A DNA stretch of 25,887 nt from an uncultured Verrucomicrobiota bacterium. GTDB taxonomy: Bacteria; Verrucomicrobiota; Kiritimatiellia; JAAZAB01. Below are positions 20,152 through 25,887 of this stretch, piece after piece (the first letter of the stretch is position 1; every line of letters begins with the position of its first letter). Below the pieces are notes generated by a model. That model ran no database searches. It saw nothing but the letters and a program-made list of their open reading frames with translations, and was not told where the DNA came from. Position numbers and translations under genes: made by a program. The stretch spans positions 1-25,887 of the forward strand of contig CAZBGF010000001.1 of the NCBI GenBank assembly GCA_964491255.1. Reading direction: 5' to 3'.

Positions 20152-20290
20152 GCTGTAATCATTGTCAAAGTATTTACCGGACACTACACTTAGGCGCAAA
20201 GGGACAAAGGCATATAGGCACAAAGCAGAAAGGAATTGTGTGCTCAGGAATTCAGACTCCTGACTTCTGACTCCTGAGCATTTATACTTC

Positions 20291-21364
20291 TTATGCCATT
20301 TCGAGAACTAAATCAGCCAAAGCTGACGCGGCATTCCCTGAACTCCTGTTCTTCGCCGCCGCGCTCATTTGTTTCAGTCGGCACTGGTCAGCCATATGCA
20401 TGGATATATAATCCTTCAGCCAATCCGTTGTCAGTTCCAATTCCAGCCGAACATCGACCGAACCTGATTTTTCAAGAACACGCGCATTCGCCAATTGATG
20501 CTGATAGATAGCAAATGGATAAGGCACAACAAGCGCCGGCACTCCAAAAGCTGATAATTCCGCGCATGTGGAAGCACCGGACCGGCAGACAGCCAAATTC
20601 GCCCGTTTATATGCTTGATCCATTGCACTTAAAAAGCCCAGAACAACATGAGAAACACCCGATTTTTCATAATCTTCACGGATGCGGTTTTCATCTTCCG
20701 GACCCGTTAGATGTATTACCTGGAAATTTCCGCCTTCCTGATGCAAGCGAATCATCGCGGATGACGCAACCTGATTCAAGACATGAGCCCCACGACTACC
20801 ACCCGTGACAAGCACCGTAAAGCGTTCCGGTGCCAAAGCAGACCAAAGTTCAGAATCGCAATAATGAGTTGAGTCGTTCACCGGCATTCCCGTAAAAACA
20901 ATATGCGAATGATGTAAAAACGACCGTGTCTCATCAAACCCGATGGCTACCGCCTTAGACCATCTACTTAAGAACCGTATCGCACGGCCGGGAATAACGT
21001 TTGCCTCATGGAGCACTACCGGAACACCTAACTGCCTGGCAGCCAGTACAGGACATACTGATGCATAGCTCCCCATAGCCAGAAGAACATCATGCCCATG
21101 ACCTTTCATGGTTTTTCTGCATATCCGAACAGCTTGAAACAGACGCCATAAGACCAATGGATTTCCGTATGAAAACATGGAAGAGAAACCCTGCCAGGGG
21201 ACAGTAACAACCTGTCCATTCCACTCATTGACGGCCTCAGATTCCACATCCTTGCCTGCCAGCCACAGCACAATTTCATGCCCTCGCAGGCGCAACACCC
21301 GAGCCGTAGCCAAACCCGGGAAAATATGGCCGCCTGTACCTCCGCATACAATGCCAATTTTCAT
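20291..21364 (-). CDS. murG: UDP-GlcNAc:lipid I transferase MurG
   Basis: GGTGGHIFPG, HEANVIPG, TGGSRGA, CRSGAST, HQLANA. Confidence 0.97.
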   Translation of the reverse strand: MKIGIVCGGTGGHIFPGLATARVLRLRGHEIVLWLAGKDVESEAVNEWNGQVVTVPWQGFSSMFSYGNPLVLWRLFQAVRICRKTMKGHGHDVLLAMGSYASVCPVLAARQLGVPVVLHEANVIPGRAIRFLSRWSKAVAIGFDETRSFLHHSHIVFTGMPVNDSTHYCDSELWSALAPERFTVLVTGGSRGAHVLNQVASSAMIRLHQEGGNFQVIHLTGPEDENRIREDYEKSGVSHVVLGFLSAMDQAYKRANLAVCRSGASTCAELSAFGVPALVVPYPFAIYQHQLANARVLEKSGSVDVRLELELTTDWLKDYISMHMADQCRLKQMSAAAKNRSSGNAASALADLVLEMA

Positions 21365-21760
21365 AAGCTGTCGTAACTACTCAGGTATTCAGAATTCAGG
21401 AGTCAGAATTCAGAATGCTTTGAGAATACGCCTCCAGTAGTTTACTGACTTCTTCCTTGTCAGTAGTCAGTTGTCAACCCGGCCGCCCGGCGGCTGCCGG
21501 GATTAAACAGGAGTCTGACTTAATGTGCCGAAAGGCACCTTCGGAGTGCGGGAGTGCAACTCCCGCCTTTTGAAAGCGGCAGTACAACTGCCGCACTCCA
21601 AGGATCGCCTTCAAAAAGAGTCAGAAACAAGTTGTCAGTTGTTTCTGGAACTCCGATACACCGATACTCCCATACCCCGTTACCTCTTCTTGCCGGCTCC
21701 TTCATTCTGACTCCTGAATTCTGAATTCCGACTCCTGATTAGTTATAAGCTGTCAACTAC
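21363..21760. mobile_element. Composite MITE-like element between intI and murG
   Basis: 23-bp perfect IR ATTCAGAATTCAGGAGTCAGAAT (21387-21409 / 21704-21726); flanking direct repeat ATAAGCTGTC(GT)AACTAC at 21363 and 21745; several internal hairpins. Confidence 0.55.
21543..21599. repeat. REP-like double-hairpin element
   Basis: GGAGTGCG...CGCACTCC outer IR; hairpins GCGGGAGT-GCA-ACTCCCGC and GCGGCAGT-ACA-ACTGCCGC. Confidence 0.75.
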
Positions 21761-21802
21761 CCTGATCCATGCTCCAGCAATTCTGAATAGAGAATACAGG
21801 GA

Positions 21803-22816
21803 TCAAGGCAACTGATCCAGCGGACTGTTCAGCCTGCTGATGTCTTTTTGCATCACATGCGTGTATAGCTCCGTGGTTTTCACATCCGCATGCCCAAGCA
21901 ATTCCTGAACAACACGGATATTAGCCCCGCCTTCAAGCATATGAGTTGCGAAACTGTGGCGCAATGTATGGCAACCGACCTTCTTGTCAATGTCCGCTTT
22001 TCTTACAGCCGTCTTTACTGCCTTCTGAAGCCCGGATTCAAGCACATGATGACGCATCTCACGCCCGGAACGCGGATCAATGGAACGTTTCTTCGCCGGA
22101 AATACATACTGCCAGCCCGTCTCTTTGGCCCCACCCGCGTATTTCTTTGCCGCTCCTTCCCGAAGATATACCTCACCAAAGCCTTCTTCCATGTCCCCAT
22201 GATGCAATTCACGCACGCGCTGGATATGTTGCGCCAATTCATCACGAATCTGTTCTGGCAGAATAGTGGTCCGGTCTTTCCCGCCTTTTCCACCCCGCAC
22301 GTAGATGCGACCCTGACCGAAGTCAACGTCCTGAATTCGCAGCCTGATGCATTCCAACAGGCGCAGACCTGCTCCATAAAGCAGCTTTGCCATCAAAGCG
22401 TGATTACCATCTATGCAGGCCAATAGACGGACGACTTCTTCCCGTGTCAGTACAGCAGGTGGCCGCACTCTCCGTTTGGCCCGAACAGGCGCAATCTCGT
22501 TGCCAAGTGGTTGGTCAAGTACATCGCGATACAAGAACACGATTGCATTCAATGCTTGTCGCTGGGTGGAAGCTGCAACATTTTCCTCACTCGCCAGATG
22601 TGATAGAAACCGCTCCACATCGCGCGCGCCTAGCTGACGCGGATGCGTTTGCCCGCCGAAATGATGGATAAACCGCAGAATCCATTGGCAATACGTTTGT
22701 TCAGTTCTATATGCATAATGGTAATATCTCAGCGTCTCCCGTGCTTGATCCATCAATTTCTTTTTTTGGTCCGGACGAAATCTTTTCCGTAATTTTTCCT
22801 TGTTTTCCATATCCAT
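21803..22816 (-). CDS. intI: Integron integrase (tyrosine recombinase)
   Basis: 337 aa; YGAGLRLLE, GGKGGKDR, IntI-specific insert (VYL..KY..WQYVFPA..DPRSG..RHH), HTLRHSFATH, QELLGH, LYTHV; divergent from an attC cassette array. Confidence 0.95.
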   Translation of the reverse strand: MDMENKEKLRKRFRPDQKKKLMDQARETLRYYHYAYRTEQTYCQWILRFIHHFGGQTHPRQLGARDVERFLSHLASEENVAASTQRQALNAIVFLYRDVLDQPLGNEIAPVRAKRRVRPPAVLTREEVVRLLACIDGNHALMAKLLYGAGLRLLECIRLRIQDVDFGQGRIYVRGGKGGKDRTTILPEQIRDELAQHIQRVRELHHGDMEEGFGEVYLREGAAKKYAGGAKETGWQYVFPAKKRSIDPRSGREMRHHVLESGLQKAVKTAVRKADIDKKVGCHTLRHSFATHMLEGGANIRVVQELLGHADVKTTELYTHVMQKDISRLNSPLDQLP

Positions 22817-22953
22817 ATCTATAATATGCGAATATATGAAAAAAACAACCCAAAATGCAATAAGCGGACAACATTTTCCGCCTTTTCGTTCTGGGTGCAG
22901 GAGTAAGCGAAAAAAAGTCCGTCTATAGGTGTTAATATGGCGGAAAATTTTCC

Positions 22954-22972
22954 ACTTATTGCACTGTTCGCC
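22954..22972 (+). other. attI site (L box ACTTATT, spacer GCACT, core GTTCGCC)
   Basis: GTTCGCC (22966-22972) is the exact reverse complement of the first attC R'' GGCGAAC; it lies between intI and cassette 1. Confidence 0.85.
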
Positions 22973-23019
22973 AGAGAAAAGAAACGCCGTGAACGGTTAC
23001 AGAAAAGGAACATACAAAC

Positions 23020-23829
23020 ATGAAGATTCTTACCTGCAATTTGAGAGGCTACGGGCAAGGCGACGGCCAAAATGCCTGGATTCATCGAAAGGAACTGTGC
23101 ATTGATGTAATAAGGTCAGAAGAAGCGGATGTAATCTCCTTCCAGGAAATGGAACAATTTGCCGACATAACCCTTGCTTTCCCCGACTATGAAACTTACG
23201 CGATGGTTGATAAGCCCCGTGGGGGGAAATCGATGAACGCCATTTTCTATCGCAGAGATGGCTATGCCAGAATATCGGCCGGCGGTTATTGGTTGTCAGA
23301 AACGCCGCACGTGTCGGGATCAAAATCATGGGATAGCGCGTGCGTGCGTCTAGTGAATTGGATTCGGCTTGAAGACAGAGCAACAGGAACTGAATTCAGA
23401 ATTGTCAATACTCACTTGGATCATGTCAGTCAGGTTGCCCGGGAGCATCAAGCACAGCTCATTGTCGAAGATGCTGCTGCCTATCCAGAAGACTATATCC
23501 AAATCCTTACTGGCGACATGAATTGTGATTCCAGCAACAGAGCCATTGATATCTTCAAGACAGGAGGCTGGATCGATACTTATGGCGCTGTGCAGGGGAC
23601 AGAAGATCCTGGGCACACGTTTCATGAATTTCTAGGACCAGAATACGATTCCGCCATCGGGAAAATGGACTGGATATTTGCACGAGGCAGAATCGAGACA
23701 TTAGATGCGACTGTGATAGCGGGTTCCCTAAACGGGAGATTTCCCAGCGACCATTATTTTGTCAGCGCGACTATTACCCCTAATGAGCTAAATGATACAG
23801 GCGAACAACCAAATGCACCGGACGCGTAA
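23020..23829 (+). CDS. Cassette 1: endonuclease/exonuclease/phosphatase (EEP) family protein
   Basis: TCNLR, SFQE, NTHLDH, GDMNC, MDWIF, PSDHYFV; SD AAGGA; stop codon lies inside attC1. Confidence 0.9.
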   Translation: MKILTCNLRGYGQGDGQNAWIHRKELCIDVIRSEEADVISFQEMEQFADITLAFPDYETYAMVDKPRGGKSMNAIFYRRDGYARISAGGYWLSETPHVSGSKSWDSACVRLVNWIRLEDRATGTEFRIVNTHLDHVSQVAREHQAQLIVEDAAAYPEDYIQILTGDMNCDSSNRAIDIFKTGGWIDTYGAVQGTEDPGHTFHEFLGPEYDSAIGKMDWIFARGRIETLDATVIAGSLNGRFPSDHYFVSATITPNELNDTGEQPNAPDA

Positions 23830-23855
23830 ACGCGCCAGTGATTGAAACGTTGTGT
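23800..23855 (+). other. attC1 (56 bp)
   Basis: R'' GGCGAAC, L'' AAT(G)CACC, stem CGCG-TAAA-CGCG, L' GTGATT, R' GTTGTGT. Confidence 0.85.
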
Positions 23856-23872
23856 TTTGAGGATATAAGATT

Positions 23873-24208
23873 GTGCAACCATGCCCACAATGTGGAAACT
23901 TGCCGATAACCCTCGGTCATTTCGTACGCAAGTTCGATCAGCGTAAAGCTACGTGTCGGCATTGTGGAACTCAACTCAAAGCCAACAGATTTCTCCATAT
24001 TTCGTTCTGGTCCGCCGTTGCATTCGGCGTCTGCGGCGCTGGGTTTTCCATTTATCTCGAGAAGTTCTGTGACTGGCGTGAATGCTCAGCTATTCTTCTG
24101 TTCATTGCTGTCGTCCTGATTGTCGGAGTGCCTGCAGAGATTCTCGGATGGAAACGCGGAGCCTATTTGACAAGTTCAGACATAGGAAAAACACAACCAA
24201 CAGATTGA
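23873..24208 (+). CDS. Cassette 2: CxxC-20-CxxC zinc-finger protein with two TM helices
   Basis: CPQC-x20-CRHC followed by two hydrophobic helices; GTG start with SD GAGGA. Confidence 0.75.
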   Translation: MQPCPQCGNLPITLGHFVRKFDQRKATCRHCGTQLKANRFLHISFWSAVAFGVCGAGFSIYLEKFCDWRECSAILLFIAVVLIVGVPAEILGWKRGAYLTSSDIGKTQPTD

Positions 24209-24253
24209 GAGTATTTACTCTTACGCGCAAAACTCTCATCTAAGTCGTTATAA
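24191..24253 (+). other. attC2 (63 bp)
   Basis: R'' ACACAAC, L'' GAT(T)GAGAG, L' CTCTCATC, R' GTTATAA. Confidence 0.8.
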
Positions 24254-24262
24254 GGATACATC

Positions 24263-24592
24263 ATGTCTGGAGGGAAACAGAGTTTCCTTGTGCTCACAAG
24301 GAAGGTTTGGCTCGGCAGTGGCGTAGGATTCCTAGTATCGCTCCTTGTTCTCTTTCTTCTCTTTCTCCTACTTGTTGCGTTAGATGTACGGGATTCAAGT
24401 CGAATGGATTGGCTACTCATATTGCCAATCTTGGCTCTGAATGTTTTTGGTGTAACGACATCAGTGAGACTTGTGTCATGGGCATTATCTGACAAAAGCG
24501 TGCTTTGGAGATTTGTCAAAATAATATTGGCACTTTTCTGTTCGATTCCTCTTCTTTATTTCTGTTTGGGTTTTACATTTAAATGCTTATAA
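24263..24592 (+). CDS. Cassette 3: hypothetical membrane protein, about 3 TM
   Basis: 109 aa, SD AAGGA, stop TAA forms part of attC3 R''. Confidence 0.8.
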   Translation: MSGGKQSFLVLTRKVWLGSGVGFLVSLLVLFLLFLLLVALDVRDSSRMDWLLILPILALNVFGVTTSVRLVSWALSDKSVLWRFVKIILALFCSIPLLYFCLGFTFKCL

Positions 24593-24660
24593 CAACAGAG
24601 TCAACCTGACTTTCAATTCCGCTGTGCTCTATTGAAAGCAGGTTACTCTATCCGTTAGGA
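24587..24660 (+). other. attC3 (74 bp)
   Basis: R'' TTATAAC, L'' AGT(C)AACC, stem CTTTCAAT/ATTGAAAG, L' GGTTACT, R' GTTAGGA. Confidence 0.92.
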
Positions 24661-24668
24661 TTACGAAA

Positions 24669-25118
24669 ATGAAACAGAACTTAATCATATTGGTGTCCCT
24701 CGTCGTGGTTCTGTTTTTTGGATGCTCAAGAGCTAAAGATCCTGCTTCAATTTCTATTGCCCAGCAAGTTTCAAAGGGAGAAGGCACAGTCGTAGATATT
24801 CACGAGTTAACAAGTTACGATTGGGACAAGATGTATTTTTTTGATCCATACACCCATCGCGATTCGATTCATAGCGCAATAGGCCAAACATTCATCCCAA
24901 GTAACCAGATACCCATTTCCGTAGCCGAGGCAAACACATTGCTCGTCTTCACGAAGAATGGCAATGTGGTACACTATTTTCAGCATCGTCGGTGTCATGG
25001 GGACTTCTCCGGATTCGAACGAGAAGATGGCTTCACGCCTGAACAGGCTAGATTCAGAGTGAATCATGAAGGCCGAAGCCTTTATGGCAAGTGGCCGAAG
25101 ATAAAGAGACTAGATTGA
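24669..25118 (+). CDS. Cassette 4: hypothetical lipoprotein
   Basis: 149 aa; signal peptide with lipobox FFGC; SD AGGA; stop directly before attC4. Confidence 0.8.
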   Translation: MKQNLIILVSLVVVLFFGCSRAKDPASISIAQQVSKGEGTVVDIHELTSYDWDKMYFFDPYTHRDSIHSAIGQTFIPSNQIPISVAEANTLLVFTKNGNVVHYFQHRRCHGDFSGFEREDGFTPEQARFRVNHEGRSLYGKWPKIKRLD

Positions 25119-25119
25119 A

Positions 25120-25181
25120 TCCTAACAACAGGTTCGAGTTTACGTCGCTATTCGCGCCGAAACTCAACCTGGACGTTCAAC
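25120..25181 (+). other. attC4 (62 bp)
   Basis: R'' TCCTAAC, L'' GTT(C)GAGT, L' ACTCAAC, R' GTTCAAC. Confidence 0.92.
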
Positions 25182-25251
25182 AAACCAGAGCATGGACTCG
25201 TACGTTTTATTCTTCTCTTATACCATTGACAAGTGACCACGGACATCCATA

Positions 25252-25887
25252 TTAAAAATCATGGGAACAATGTCTGGCCATCCGCAACTCGTCATCTTTA
25301 AGTATGCTTTCCGAATGCTGTGCGATGTTGAACAACACACCAATCTCGACCAACGACATCACGAGACAAGATCCTCCAAAACTGATAAACGGAAGAGGCA
25401 GCCCTTTAGTTGGCATACAGCCTGTCACCACAGCGATATTCATCACTGCCTGAACCGTTATCATCATCGTAATTCCAAACGCCAGAAGCCGCGCAAACAG
25501 GTCAGACGCATTGAAACTAATACGTATACCACATAAAAACAGGCTCGCAAAAAGCAGAAGGACAATAATAGAGCCTGCGACCCCTAATTCTTCGCCAATG
25601 ATGGCAAAGATAAAGTCCGTATGAGCTTCAGGAAGGTAAAAATGTTTCTGCACGCTTTCTCCAAGCCCCACTCCTTTCCAACCACCGGCAATAAACGCAT
25701 TGATGGCATTCACCAATTGAAAGGAATAAGTCCGTACGTATTTATCGGGTTCAAGAAATGCCAGAATCCGTTTCATACGTATTGTATTATGCATGATAGC
25801 AACACTGAATCCGATCAACACCGGAATTGATAAACTCAGTAAATGACGAATTCTCGACCCACCCACAAAAAGGATCGACATCCCAAT
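25252..25887 (-). CDS. ftsW: FtsW (SEDS family), 3' part; the 5' end lies beyond the window
   Basis: FYLPEAHTDFIFAIIGEELG, MPTKGLPLPFISFGGS; upstream of murG. Confidence 0.93.
   Translation of the reverse strand: MGMSILFVGGSRIRHLLSLSIPVLIGFSVAIMHNTIRMKRILAFLEPDKYVRTYSFQLVNAINAFIAGGWKGVGLGESVQKHFYLPEAHTDFIFAIIGEELGVAGSIIVLLLFASLFLCGIRISFNASDLFARLLAFGITMMITVQAVMNIAVVTGCMPTKGLPLPFISFGGSCLVMSLVEIGVLFNIAQHSESILKDDELRMARHCSHDF

Noticed and set aside
22817-22965. LexA box at the intI promoter and a Pc promoter
   Set aside because: No CTGT-N8-ACAG is present (a lineage-specific box cannot be excluded); TATAAT at 22820 lacks a convincing -35
25226-25255. TTGACA-N18-TATTAA pointing antisense into ftsW
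   Set aside because: Suboptimal spacing in AT-rich DNA with no supporting evidence
133-25830. Numerous antisense or alternate-frame ORFs in the track (e.g. 4549-5178, 5197-5727, 7172-7657, 14930-15403, 21890-22426)
   Set aside because: They are shadows of well-supported genes, with no motifs or RBS

Overview
Bacterial chromosomal window, probably PVC superphylum (Kiritimatiellota/Lentisphaerota/Verrucomicrobiota-like; an inference from the MurC-MurB fusion and repeat style). Left third, all minus strand: cation-chloride-cotransporter homolog, clpB, stand-alone fusA, Ste24-like M48 protease, comEC. Middle: a truncated DUF2961/GH172-like gene, tRNA-Ala(GGC) with a 40-bp 3' duplication, and an accessory stretch with an XRE-HTH + ImmA/IrrE pair whose promoter carries two 17-bp palindromic operators. 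Right half: dcw cluster (ftsW, murG, murC-murB, ddl, ftsQ, ftsA; no ftsZ after ftsA). A complete integron (intI, attI, four cassettes, four dissimilar attC sites) sits between ftsW and murG. Each cassette's upstream core site is the exact reverse complement of its own attC R'' box. The attI left arm is duplicated as a ~25-bp inverted repeat. Intergenic gaps are filled with MITE/REP-like palindromes and 7-8-mer tandem repeats. Short 22-34 nt hairpin modules are nested inside larger repeats, and one lies in-frame inside comEC. Family assignments come from motif recognition only; no database search was run.
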